From the NCBI GenBank assembly GCA_965204735.1, contig OZ242008.1:1696001-1760000 (forward strand): 64,000 nt of DNA, in the 5' to 3' direction. Every line of letters starts with the position of its first letter. The first letter of the stretch is position 1. Of this stretch, positions 40,083-49,232 are shown piece after piece. Source of the stretch: Longimicrobiales bacterium (lineage in GTDB: Bacteria; Gemmatimonadota; Gemmatimonadetes; Longimicrobiales; Gaopeijiaceae). The position numbers were made by a program, and so were the translations under genes. Under the pieces are notes generated by a model. It had not been told where the DNA came from and searched no databases. It was given only the letters and a program-made list of their open reading frames with translations.

Positions 40083-40661
40083 CTAGACTTCCCCTTCCAC
40101 AGCGAGCCGAGGTGGCGGAACCGGTAGACGCGAAGGTCTCAAAAACCTTTGCCCTTGCGGGCGTGAGGGTTCGAGTCCCTCCCTCGGCACTTGGGACGAC
40201 GGGGCCGGCCTGCTGTCCCGCTCGACCCCGGGCGTGCCCGTGCCCGCAACCGGCGCCTCGCCCTGCGACGGGGCAAGCCCCGGCGGCCGCTCGGCGGCTT
40301 CGTCTTCGAGCGCTCCCTGGAGACGCGCCGTCCGCAGCTCGCTGATCTGCGCTTGAAGTCGCTCCTCCATGGCGGCCATGTCCTGTCGCAGTCCCTGCTC
40401 CATGGCGGCCATGTCCTGCCTCAGCCGCTCCTCCATGGCGCGGAGCTCGCCCAGGAAGACGCTCATGAGGATGCCCAGCACGCCTCCGAAAGCGACCACG
40501 ACCGAAAGCACGACGCCCACTGGGCTGTTCATGACCTGCCATGCCGTGGTCCAGGTATTCTTCGTTCCAGGGCGCACCGGGACGGGTGGGGGCTCGTCCT
40601 GCGCAGCCCGCACGGTTCCGGTCGACACTCCTTCGGACAGTCCACCGTACATGGTTCCCAT
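40083..40661 (-). CDS. Hypothetical TM + coiled-coil protein with 11-aa repeats; 3' end runs antisense through the tRNA
   Basis: GGAG RBS, hydrophobic segment, MEERLRQDMAA/MEQGLRQDMAA/MEERLQ (33-bp repeats). Confidence 0.5.
   Translation of the reverse strand: MGTMYGGLSEGVSTGTVRAAQDEPPPVPVRPGTKNTWTTAWQVMNSPVGVVLSVVVAFGGVLGILMSVFLGELRAMEERLRQDMAAMEQGLRQDMAAMEERLQAQISELRTARLQGALEDEAAERPPGLAPSQGEAPVAGTGTPGVERDSRPAPSSQVPREGLEPSRPQGQRFLRPSRLPVPPPRLAVEGEV
40106..40189 (+). tRNA. tRNA-Leu(CAA)
   Basis: Acceptor stem GCCGAGG/CCTCGGC, anticodon arm aaggt-ctCAAaa-acctt, long variable arm, T-loop GTTCGAGTC; CCA not encoded. Confidence 0.95.
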
Positions 40662-40848
40662 TCGGCTCCTCCCTCTCCCCCTCGGTTAGGAATATCGGCG
40701 CGACGCCCCCGCCCTCGCAAGGTCATCAGGCGCGCGCCCAAGGCTCGGACCTTAAGGTTGAGCTCCCACAACGGGCGTTTCCATGTACGGATCGGCCAGA
40801 TTTCGGCTAGTCGGAGCAGTGCCGACGGAGACATGGGCGTCGGCGAAG

Positions 40849-40885
40849 TTGACCGCCATTCCATGAGTGTGTATAATACACACTC
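40849..40885 (+). promoter_or_regulatory. Sigma70 promoter with an overlapping perfect palindromic operator
   Basis: TTGACC-17 bp-TATAAT; GAGTGTGTAT-A-ATACACACTC (40865-40885) covers the -10. Confidence 0.85.
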
Positions 40886-40924
40886 GTCGATCTCGGCTCA
40901 GTGCGCCTTATGGGAAGACTCGCC

Positions 40925-41335
40925 ATGCGATTCGCCGTCGTCATCCACAAGGACCCGTGCAGCTGCTACGGGGTCACCGTGCCTGGGCTGCCCGGGTGCT
41001 TCTCCGCCGGGGAGACGGTCGACGAAGCCGTCGAGTCCGCTTCGGAGGCCATTGCGTGCCACGTCGAGGGCATGCTGATGGACGGGGAAGCGGTCCCCGA
41101 GCAGCCGTCCCTGGAAGATCTCCAGGCGAGCGACGACTTCGCCGGCGGCGCCTGGGCCCTCGTGAACGTCGATCTGTCGAAGCTGACCAGCGAAACCAAG
41201 CGCGTGAACATCACGATGCCGGCCCGAGTGCTGGCGATCGTGGACGAGGCGGCCGTCAGGGAAGGCGACACGAGGTCGGGCTACTTGGCCCGAGCGGCGC
41301 TCAGCTACCTGAAGGACCGCCAGCCCGTCGGTTGA
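40925..41335 (+). CDS. hicB: HicB family antitoxin (RHH-type C-terminus)
   Basis: YGVTVPGLPGCFSAGETVDEA; KRVNITMP..TRSGYLARAA. Confidence 0.9.
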   Translation: MRFAVVIHKDPCSCYGVTVPGLPGCFSAGETVDEAVESASEAIACHVEGMLMDGEAVPEQPSLEDLQASDDFAGGAWALVNVDLSKLTSETKRVNITMPARVLAIVDEAAVREGDTRSGYLARAALSYLKDRQPVG

Positions 41336-42230
41336 AGTACGCTCGTCCAACGGAGCCTGTGCCGGTCTCGATCTTGCGGCTGCGGTGGCGATAGGAGCCG
41401 ACGACGCCGTAGCCGCCGTTCACGTTCTGCACTGGATGGACATCGTGGAGGTTGCCTTGATCGCCCGTCGTAAGGAAGGCGTGGAAGTGACGGTCCACCG
41501 CAAGCACGTCCAGCATGGGAACCGGACCTGCGCTGTCCACCGCGACTTGGGGGATTGGTCCGTCGAAACGTGTGCCCTGCACGTCGGCGTACCACGCTCT
41601 GCCGCAGTTGGAGCAGCTGTCGTATCGCCGCCGCACCCCCATCAGGTACCGATGCGCGGCGGCGCTCTCGGACCACGTTGCGGCCAGCGAATGCGAGCCG
41701 TCGTTGCTCGAGAGGGCCGCTCGCTCGATCTTGAAGGCGCCGACGACCCGGGTCTCGCCAAAGGCTCGAACCCGCCCGTCCGCGGTGGCTTCTACGCGGT
41801 ACGTCGCTCCCGGTTCCAGCACGGCCTCGGGTCGCAGGCAGTACCATGCCTGCCGCACCCCGGTCCCATAAACTATCCGAGGTCCCAGCGAGCCCGGCCA
41901 TTCGTAGTCGCGACTGCGACGGACGCAGCTGTCGCCGGCGAACCTCGTGCCTGCGGCGGCGGCCCGGGCGCTGTCCCACTCCGCGACGAGAGTCCACTCA
42001 CCCGAGCCCGGGTCGTGCCGGTGAATGCGGACGCTCACGTTCGCGAGCGCATGGATGGTGAATCCGTCCACGGGCGCGACGTCCACAACATGTCCGATGG
42101 AGTCTGGGTTCAGGACTGCGTAGAGCACCAGTTGGTCGCTGAGTCCCGTGGGTTGCAGCGGAAGCTCCTCGCAGGCGCCAAGAACCACGGCCAGCAGGCC
42201 AAGGCCGGCAAGACGGTTGGTGGTCGTCAT
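41301..42230 (-). CDS. Lipoprotein (DUF4249-like partner of the TonB receptor)
   Basis: Lipobox VLGAC, VLYAVLNP, C-terminal NVNGGYGVVGS; downstream of the receptor. Confidence 0.65.
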   Translation of the reverse strand: MTTTNRLAGLGLLAVVLGACEELPLQPTGLSDQLVLYAVLNPDSIGHVVDVAPVDGFTIHALANVSVRIHRHDPGSGEWTLVAEWDSARAAAAGTRFAGDSCVRRSRDYEWPGSLGPRIVYGTGVRQAWYCLRPEAVLEPGATYRVEATADGRVRAFGETRVVGAFKIERAALSSNDGSHSLAATWSESAAAHRYLMGVRRRYDSCSNCGRAWYADVQGTRFDGPIPQVAVDSAGPVPMLDVLAVDRHFHAFLTTGDQGNLHDVHPVQNVNGGYGVVGSYRHRSRKIETGTGSVGRAYFNRRAGGPSGS

Positions 42231-42257
42231 CTTCGCTGGTCTCCTTGTTCGCTCAGG

Positions 42258-44570
42258 TCAGAACTTGAAGTCGATGCCGATCGTCGGAAGGAGCGGCAGC
42301 TGCTGCTCGTGCTCGAAGACGTAAAGACGGTCCGCGTCGTCGAGAGCGTGCCCGAAGCCGGCGAACTGGTAGAACAGAACGTTGGTGCGCCCCGTCACGT
42401 TGACGACGGACAGGTAGGGCGCGATATCCCACGCGCCCCACCGAAAAGCGTACTTCGCCGCCACGTCGAAGCGGGCATAGGTGGGAAGGCGACCCTGCAA
42501 GTCCGACCAAACGGTGAAGAAATCCCCAGTGGTCAGCAGGGTTCCCTCTCTGCTTGTGCGCCCGCCGAGACGCTGATTTGGATCGAAGCGCAGGTTGGTG
42601 TAGTCTCCGGCCGGGTACCAAAACGGTCCGCCGGTTCCAACGGTCGCCCGAAGGGAGACGCCAAAGCCGCCGGGCAAGTCGGCCGCCACAAGCCCCTCGA
42701 CTTCGTGGCGCCGGTCCCAGTGTGGACGGTATTCTTGGCCTCCGGCGCCGTCGAGGGCCACGCTTGCCCACTGGTACGACAGCCATCCCCGGACGGGACC
42801 CGCGTGCTTCTGCACCATCAAGTCCACGCCATAGGCGTTGCCGTCGTGAAACTCCATCGTCCCCGGGTCGCGGGAGATCCCGGCTCGCCAATGCGGCAGA
42901 CCTCTGAACCGACGGGTCCATCCGGCTGCGGAGGCCGTCCAGTCTTGTCCCCGCCATGCGTCCAGCGCCAAGCTCGCGCCGTTGGCTACGGAGGCAGGCT
43001 GGTCCCTGCCGTGAACAAACCACGTCGGCGCGCCTGGTTCGCGGGCGTAGGCGTCCCGGAGCACCGACAAGAACTGGTACGTGCGGTCCACGCTGGCGCT
43101 GACGGCGAACAACGGGGTGCGCAAGCGAACCGAAAACCGCGGCTCGACGAAGTTGCGCCCGGACTTGCTCTCGAGGCCCGCGCGGATCCCCGGAGCGAAC
43201 CGCACCGGTCCCAGCCACGCTTCCATCTCCGCGAACGCGGACGCGTGGAGGTAGGAGCGAGAAAGGTCGCCCGTGAAGGCGGCCCCCTCCCCAAGGCTTT
43301 GCAGACGCACAGGGCCGCCTTCGACGGCGACTCCTGCCCGGCCGCCCGTCCGCTCGCCACGCAGCGTGAGCCCGACGCGCGCTCCCGCCACCGATACGCT
43401 GCTGACGCTCGTCGGGTTGGTGGGCGTGCCTCCGAACGCCTGTCTTGCCCGGTAGCGGCTGTAGTATGCGGTCACGTTGCCGGTCGTGCGGTTGTCGCGC
43501 ACCCACGACCAAGACGCCGAAGACGTGAGGTTCGCCCACTTCGCACTGAAGGATTCATGTCCTGCGCCGCCGGATTGAAAGTCCCACGCGTAGTAGTCGT
43601 CGGACGCGAAGATCGACCAGCGCAGTCGGTGCTCTTCGGCAGGATACGCCTCGATGCCGAAGTTTAGGTCGTGGAAGGAGTACGGGACGTTGATGCGCGC
43701 CAGGTCGACGAACGCCTTGCGTCCGGCCGCGAGCCACCGAACGCCGCCCCAGGGCAGCGTCCCGTCTGCGGCGAGCCGTCCGCCGAGCAGGCTGAGCCCG
43801 CCCGACAGGTTGACTCCGCCCGGACCGCCGGCTCGCTGACGTGCGGACACCAAGCCGGAAAGAGCGCCGCCGTGCCGGGCGGGGATTGATCCTCGGTAGA
43901 ACTCGGTGGACTCGACGACGTCGACGTTGAAGGAGCCGAAGTAGCCGTACATGTGGTACGGCGCGAAGACGGGAGCGCCGTCCAGAAGCACGGCCACTTG
44001 GTCGCTGCCGCCGCCTCTCACGAAGAGTTCGCCCGTGTAGTCGTTCACGCTGGTAACGCCGGCCAAGGCCTGGAGGCTGCGGAAGACGTCGGGCTCGGCC
44101 AGGGCCGGCACGGCCTTGATCTCGGCCTGCGTGACGCCGACCGCCCCGACTGCGACCTCGCGGTCGAAGATGAGCCGGTGAAGCTCCCTGGACGTCATCT
44201 GCCGCTCGACGTGGACGGTCAGCGCCGGCAAGGAGATCGCGGTGCGTTCCAGCCTGAGCTCGACGACGGCGCCTGCGGGAGGCGCGGCAACGATCGTGTC
44301 CAGGTCGGCGTACCCGAGCCGCGTGGCCACGATCCGAACGCGGCCGCTCGTCCCTTCGCTGGTCGCCAGCCCCTGGCGGTTGGTGGTCCGCGTCGCCGAG
44401 TACTCCGGGAAAGCGACGAGCACGTCGCTCAACGGTTCACCCGAAGTGCGGTCCAAGGTGCGAACCGCCCAGGCCCCCGACGTGGGGACCTGGGCATAGC
44501 TCGCCGCCGCCAGGAAGGCCAAGCACGTCGCCGAGCCGGCCAGCCCGAAGACTGCTGCGAGACGTTTCAT
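42258..44570 (-). CDS. TonB-dependent receptor-like outer-membrane protein
   Basis: Signal peptide, N-terminal extension, plug-like EPDVFRSLQALAGV..LFVRGG..LLDGAPV, terminal Phe (IDFKF). Confidence 0.88.
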   Translation of the reverse strand: MKRLAAVFGLAGSATCLAFLAAASYAQVPTSGAWAVRTLDRTSGEPLSDVLVAFPEYSATRTTNRQGLATSEGTSGRVRIVATRLGYADLDTIVAAPPAGAVVELRLERTAISLPALTVHVERQMTSRELHRLIFDREVAVGAVGVTQAEIKAVPALAEPDVFRSLQALAGVTSVNDYTGELFVRGGGSDQVAVLLDGAPVFAPYHMYGYFGSFNVDVVESTEFYRGSIPARHGGALSGLVSARQRAGGPGGVNLSGGLSLLGGRLAADGTLPWGGVRWLAAGRKAFVDLARINVPYSFHDLNFGIEAYPAEEHRLRWSIFASDDYYAWDFQSGGAGHESFSAKWANLTSSASWSWVRDNRTTGNVTAYYSRYRARQAFGGTPTNPTSVSSVSVAGARVGLTLRGERTGGRAGVAVEGGPVRLQSLGEGAAFTGDLSRSYLHASAFAEMEAWLGPVRFAPGIRAGLESKSGRNFVEPRFSVRLRTPLFAVSASVDRTYQFLSVLRDAYAREPGAPTWFVHGRDQPASVANGASLALDAWRGQDWTASAAGWTRRFRGLPHWRAGISRDPGTMEFHDGNAYGVDLMVQKHAGPVRGWLSYQWASVALDGAGGQEYRPHWDRRHEVEGLVAADLPGGFGVSLRATVGTGGPFWYPAGDYTNLRFDPNQRLGGRTSREGTLLTTGDFFTVWSDLQGRLPTYARFDVAAKYAFRWGAWDIAPYLSVVNVTGRTNVLFYQFAGFGHALDDADRLYVFEHEQQLPLLPTIGIDFKF

Positions 44571-44584
44571 TGTTCGCTCCTTGC

Positions 44585-45727
44585 CTACCAAGTAAGTGCG
44601 ACTTCGGAGCGAACGCGGGCGCCAACCGACAGGACGTAGGTTCTGGGCCCGTTCGCGAACGTCACGACAGCCGAGCCGAGGTCGTCGTTCCAGATTGGAT
44701 CGAGTTCGACGGCCCAAACCTCGAAGTTGGCTCCTCCCGGCTTGGGCGAAACGGGGAGCATTTCTTGCGCGGGATCGACCGTGACCCACTTTCCGTCTCT
44801 GACGCTCCCGTAATCTGCGCTTCCGGTTACGAGTGTTCCGTCGGAGTTGATGTATCCCACGGTGATTCGTACTTCTTCACGTCCCCATTCCGTGTTGTAG
44901 CGCGACCTGAAGCCAATCAGGTCCGTAGGCGAATACGTCACCAATGGATCGTAGTGAGGGTGTCCCGCCACGTTGCCCTCACGGACCAACCCAATGGAAC
45001 CCAGCAGGTGGTTTCGGGCCGCGGCCAAGTCTTCCTCGGATTCGAACGACCCATAATCCAGCGTCAAGGGTTCGGTGTCACCCACCTTGTACGTCCACAC
45101 CACGGCCGCCTCGCCGTCGTCGGGGTCCTGGATGACTGCTCCGGGCATGTCGGCTTGGTGGCCAATTCGAGTTCCCCAGTTCTCTCTGGGAGCCACGTAG
45201 AAGAACGCGCCGTACCGCTGGATGTGGCTCATCTCGGTTGCCTCCTCTCGGCGTCCGCTGGCCTCGTGGACCGCGAAGTCGAGTACGTCCGGGTCCCACG
45301 AGCCTGCGACTCCGATGTTGGGACTACCTCTCCAGGTCAGCCGGTGTTCTCGAAGTGGTACCGAGATCACCAGTTGGGCCACCTCGTCGAGCCGGGCGAC
45401 CCTAGCCAGGAACTCGCCTTCGTCGGTGCCAAGGGCGCCGGCGCTTCCGGCTAGCAGACCCCCGCCTTCGGGGCTGCCGAGGTAGTCGCCGAGGACCAGC
45501 TGGTGCTCTACTTGGGTGGAGGCTCGCATGGCGGCGAGGATATGCTGCCGGGCGTCGGGGGACGCCAGCCCGCGGGCCAGGGCACCTGCCACCTGGGAGA
45601 GCGGGGGCTCCGCGTCCAGCGCGTGAGCGAACGGCTCGTCGCCGGGTGTCGCGACGGGATGGGTTGCGTCGGCGCAGGCCGTCGTGAAGACGGCGAGCGC
45701 GATCAGGAACAGCTTGTTGCTTCTCAT
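44585..45727 (-). CDS. Hypothetical lipoprotein
   Basis: MRSNKLFLIALAVFTTAC lipobox, AGGAG RBS; first gene of the receptor operon. Confidence 0.75.
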   Translation of the reverse strand: MRSNKLFLIALAVFTTACADATHPVATPGDEPFAHALDAEPPLSQVAGALARGLASPDARQHILAAMRASTQVEHQLVLGDYLGSPEGGGLLAGSAGALGTDEGEFLARVARLDEVAQLVISVPLREHRLTWRGSPNIGVAGSWDPDVLDFAVHEASGRREEATEMSHIQRYGAFFYVAPRENWGTRIGHQADMPGAVIQDPDDGEAAVVWTYKVGDTEPLTLDYGSFESEEDLAAARNHLLGSIGLVREGNVAGHPHYDPLVTYSPTDLIGFRSRYNTEWGREEVRITVGYINSDGTLVTGSADYGSVRDGKWVTVDPAQEMLPVSPKPGGANFEVWAVELDPIWNDDLGSAVVTFANGPRTYVLSVGARVRSEVALTW

Positions 45728-45799
45728 GGGACGACTCCTGGGTGGTGCGCCGTCCAGAACAGGCCGGATGCCCGTCTCCGGGGGTCGCTTGTACCCCTG

Positions 45800-45826
45800 G
45801 ATACTCCAGGTTCCCGAAAAGGTTCC
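45800..45826 (-). promoter_or_regulatory. Candidate ECF-sigma promoter
   Basis: On the minus strand GGAACC-16 bp-GTATC, about 70 bp upstream of the 45727 start. Confidence 0.45.
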
Positions 45827-46448
45827 ATCGTTGTCGGAGGGGCCGATGCGATCCAGGCGAGGAGCGAATGGAGTCGAGCCCGAGGAAGCGGGACTGCGTG
45901 GCGGTGGCGCGGCAGGTTGAGCGAGGGAGCACTGACGCCGACGGCGGGCGCGGCGCGGCTGGGGGAGACGCGACGGCACATGAGCGTCTGACGCGGCGGT
46001 TCGGGGATGAGGGCGACGGGGCAACCGTCAAGGCGCTGGGGCGCCCGACTGTCCCACGTCACCGCTCCCTGTCCGAAGCCACAAGAGCCCGGACGCGACC
46101 ATCCGTGGCGCAAGCAGATCCCGTGAGGAGGTCGAGCGGGCCATGGCCAAGTGGGAGCGCCGCATCGCCCGGCTCGCCGCTTCCGGTGCCTTTCGACGGT
46201 CGCGCCCGCCCCGCTTCCGCCGGAGCGCAGCGATGACTGGCCAGCCAGGCGGGCGGTGTGACGGGTCCCCCGTGCGTTGGCAGCGACGAGGTCCGCCGTC
46301 CTCCCGTCCGTAGTAGGCGTGTTGCTGGAGATCGTGCCCCTGTGACCGGAAAGATCGCCCCTCCACCAACCCCCACCCGGAGCAACGCTCGTGCGGTTCC
46401 CGTTCGCCGTCGGCCTAAGTCTCGATAAACACAGGTTGCAGCATCTTG

Positions 46449-46913
46449 TCAGCCGGGTTGCGAGGCAATCGTCGCCCGGCGCTGGAGTGCCCGTATCACA
46501 TGAGGCATCGCGAGAAGCCTCAGGTAGCGGTCGTTGGCGTGATTCTGGATGACGAGACCGTTCTCCCATCGCCCAATGGTTGCCTCGCCAAGGCCGGTGA
46601 CGTGGGCGAAGGCGGCCCTCGTCATGCCGTATCCGCGTCGGATCGACCGAATGTCGGCGGGCGACAACACGCCTAGGTGCCGACAGATCGCTTCGTGGCG
46701 GAGCCGTTCGCCGTGCTGGTCGATGTACTGGAGGTCGCAGGCCGCACACGTGCGGACGGGCACGTACACGGGAATCCGAGACTTGAGGTCGCCGGATCCC
46801 CACGTCATCACGTCGTCGACCCATCGGGTGACGACTTCTTCGCCGTCGCACTGGGGACAGGGATCGGCGACGGTGGCGGCCGAGCCACGGGGCGCTGGCG
46901 CGGTGGATTCCAT
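46449..46913 (-). CDS. MqsA-family antitoxin-like protein (Zn ribbon + Cro/XRE HTH)
   Basis: CPQC...CAAC, then IRSIRRGYGMTRAAFAHVTGLGEATIGRWENG. Confidence 0.85.
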   Translation of the reverse strand: MESTAPAPRGSAATVADPCPQCDGEEVVTRWVDDVMTWGSGDLKSRIPVYVPVRTCAACDLQYIDQHGERLRHEAICRHLGVLSPADIRSIRRGYGMTRAAFAHVTGLGEATIGRWENGLVIQNHANDRYLRLLAMPHVIRALQRRATIASQPG

Positions 46914-47023
46914 GATTCGTCTATCACTCCGTCTGGCCAGCACGGCCAACTGATGCCGGGTGGCGGCGTCGATTCCCAACAGTTCGGGTCAAGGGCCGAG
47001 TGGATGGCTCCCGCCCGCCGCGC

Positions 47024-48535
47024 CTACTCCTCCGCCACGGGCGCGACCGCCTTCAGCACCTCCCGCGTCAGGTCCCAGCGGTTGAAGCCCTGGCGGCCGT
47101 AGTCCAGCCCCCGCCGGACGATCACCAGGTCGTGAGTGGGGACGACGACCACGTACTGGCCCCGGTTCCCGGCCGTCGAGTAGGCGGTGGCAGGCACGTC
47201 GGTGCGGTCGTCGGGGACCAGCCACCACTGGCCGCCGTAGAAGTTGCCGCGCTCGGCGGTGGAGGGTGCAGGCGTCCGCGCGAAGTCGATCCAGTCTTCG
47301 GAGATGATGCGCTCGCCGTTCCACACGCCGCCGTTCAGGTAGAGGAGGCCGAAGCGGGCCAAGTCGCGGGCGTTGGTGTACACTTGGCTGCTCAAGATGA
47401 AGTCGCCGAAGCGGTCCACGCTCAAGTAGGTGCTGCGCATCCCGATCCGGTCCAGCAGGGCGGTGCGGGGGAAGGCCAGGTAGTCGTCCCCCAAGGCCAG
47501 CTTCATGGCGTAGACGCCCAGCAGCGTGTCGTAGTTCTCGTAGTCCCAGTTGGCGCCCGGCTCCCGGACGAGCGCCCTGTGGCGCGCCCCGACGACGGAG
47601 CTGGCGCCGGCCCAGTAGGACATCCCCGAACCGACGGCGTACTCCATGCCGCGGTTGTCGACGGGGTACAAGCCGCTGGACATGTTGAGGACGTGACGCA
47701 AGGTGACTTGCGACCGCGGGTCGGTCTCGGCGGCGTCGGCCTCGGGAAGCCAGTCGAAGCCCAGGGGGGCGTCCAGCTCCAGCCGTCCCTGGTCCGCCAG
47801 GATGCCGATGAGCGTGACCGCGATGCTCTTGGCGGTCGACCAGGTGCGGGTGCGGGTGGTCATCTCCACGCCGGGGGCGTAGCGCTCGTGAACGATTCGG
47901 CCGCCGTGCACGACCAAGAGGCTGAGCGTGACCTGCTCCGGCGACTCCCGCTCGAAGGCCCACGTCGAAGCCGCGTCGAGAGCGGCGGCGTCCACCCCGT
48001 CGGGCCACGACTGCTCCGCCACCATGTCCCCGTCGGGCCAAGGGATCTCGGCGGGGTCGCCCGGGGGCGGCGCCATGTCGAGGACGGGCAGGCTCTCGAT
48101 GTCGTCGAAGCTCTGGTCGGGCGCCATGATCACGCAGCCCAGCCCGTCGCGGAACGCCGCCCGCATCGTCGGAACGTACCCGGGCGCACCGATGGCGACG
48201 GCCTTGCGCTCCCACTCCACCTCGTAGTCGCCGCCTTCCGCACTCCCGACCGCCGTGCCCAGCCGCCCTCGGATGTAAGCGATCTCCTGCTCGAAGACCT
48301 GCTCCAGCGTGCGATTCGACGTGAACAGCCCGTTGCAGAGGAAGATCGCCTGCATCCCCCGAGCGATCATCTCCCGGTTGAACCGCCAGTAGTCGTAGGA
48401 CTCCTGCTGCTGGGGCGCGACGGCTTCGGCGGGCGCGGCGCTCTCGCCGCCGGCGGGCGCAGGAGCCTCCGCGTCGGCAACGCAGGCGGCCTGCACGAAG
48501 AGGGCGAGGAAGGCAGCAGAGGCTGGAGGCTTCAT
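47024..48535 (-). CDS. Serine hydrolase, beta-lactamase-like family (probable lipoprotein)
   Basis: SxxK (WSTAKS), VLNMSSGL, YEN, ARDLARFGLLYLNGG; QAAC lipobox-like motif. Confidence 0.88.
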   Translation of the reverse strand: MKPPASAAFLALFVQAACVADAEAPAPAGGESAAPAEAVAPQQQESYDYWRFNREMIARGMQAIFLCNGLFTSNRTLEQVFEQEIAYIRGRLGTAVGSAEGGDYEVEWERKAVAIGAPGYVPTMRAAFRDGLGCVIMAPDQSFDDIESLPVLDMAPPPGDPAEIPWPDGDMVAEQSWPDGVDAAALDAASTWAFERESPEQVTLSLLVVHGGRIVHERYAPGVEMTTRTRTWSTAKSIAVTLIGILADQGRLELDAPLGFDWLPEADAAETDPRSQVTLRHVLNMSSGLYPVDNRGMEYAVGSGMSYWAGASSVVGARHRALVREPGANWDYENYDTLLGVYAMKLALGDDYLAFPRTALLDRIGMRSTYLSVDRFGDFILSSQVYTNARDLARFGLLYLNGGVWNGERIISEDWIDFARTPAPSTAERGNFYGGQWWLVPDDRTDVPATAYSTAGNRGQYVVVVPTHDLVIVRRGLDYGRQGFNRWDLTREVLKAVAPVAEE

Positions 48536-48704
48536 GGTGCGGGTCTCCTGGAGAAGTGGGTCGGACGAGGGGCGGGCGCGACAAGGGGATCGTAGAGGGT
48601 GTGCCGGAGGGCATGCTACGGCGCCGCGGCTTGGGCGAGCAAGACCGCGGCCCCGGCGGGTTCGTCCGACTGCTTCGCTGCGCATCAGAAAGACCGGGCG
48701 CGCC

Positions 48705-49232
48705 CTACGGAGCCTGCTGCCTCCGCATCACCAGGTGCTCCCCGGCTCCGTCCAGGGTCAGCAGCGCCACGTCGCCCGATGCGAGGTTGATCTCGCCGTG
48801 CCAGACGTAGCCGGTCGGGACGCCGCCCGGGGTCTCCGCGTCTTCGGCCAGCACGGCTTCGAAGCGCACCGACAGCGCTACCACTCCGGCCTCCGCGGAC
48901 AGGTCGCGGAGGACATGGACGGGTCGGTCGCCTCGCATCCCCTTCGGGAAGAGGGTGTCGCGGACGACGGGCCGGCCGTCGACGGCCACATCCAAGGCGA
49001 AGGGCGCCAAGGCCCGCGTGCACTCCCGGGGGCTCCGCATGTGGACGGGAAGGGTTGCCAGCTCCTCGTCGGTGCGAGTTCGGCACGCCTCGACGGGCAC
49101 GCCCGCAACTCGCCACGACAGTCGGACGATCGGGTCGTCGGCGCCGAAGTCCATCGGCGCGCGGGACAGCCATGCGACGCCGCCGGTCATCGCAATGGCC
49201 AGGAGGGCGGCCCCGGCTCGCCTAGCGGTCAA
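48705..49232 (-). CDS. Membrane-anchored hypothetical protein, translationally coupled to the cytochrome b fusion
   Basis: TTG overlaps the upstream TGA. N-terminal TM; CRTRTDEELATLPVHMRSPREC. Confidence 0.7.
   Translation of the reverse strand: MTARRAGAALLAIAMTGGVAWLSRAPMDFGADDPIVRLSWRVAGVPVEACRTRTDEELATLPVHMRSPRECTRALAPFALDVAVDGRPVVRDTLFPKGMRGDRPVHVLRDLSAEAGVVALSVRFEAVLAEDAETPGGVPTGYVWHGEINLASGDVALLTLDGAGEHLVMRRQQAP

Noticed and set aside
37172..40345. 1057-aa plus-strand ORF and similar antisense ORFs
   Set aside because: These are shadow frames opposite well-supported genes such as acnA.
45730..46448. Short ORFs in the gap between the receptor operon and the mqsA-like gene
   Set aside because: They are Arg/Pro/Gly-rich translations with no recognisable motif or clear RBS.
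40170..47030. attR duplicate of the tRNA-Leu 3' end
   Set aside because: I found no second copy of the tRNA 3' sequence by eye, so island boundaries cannot be fixed.
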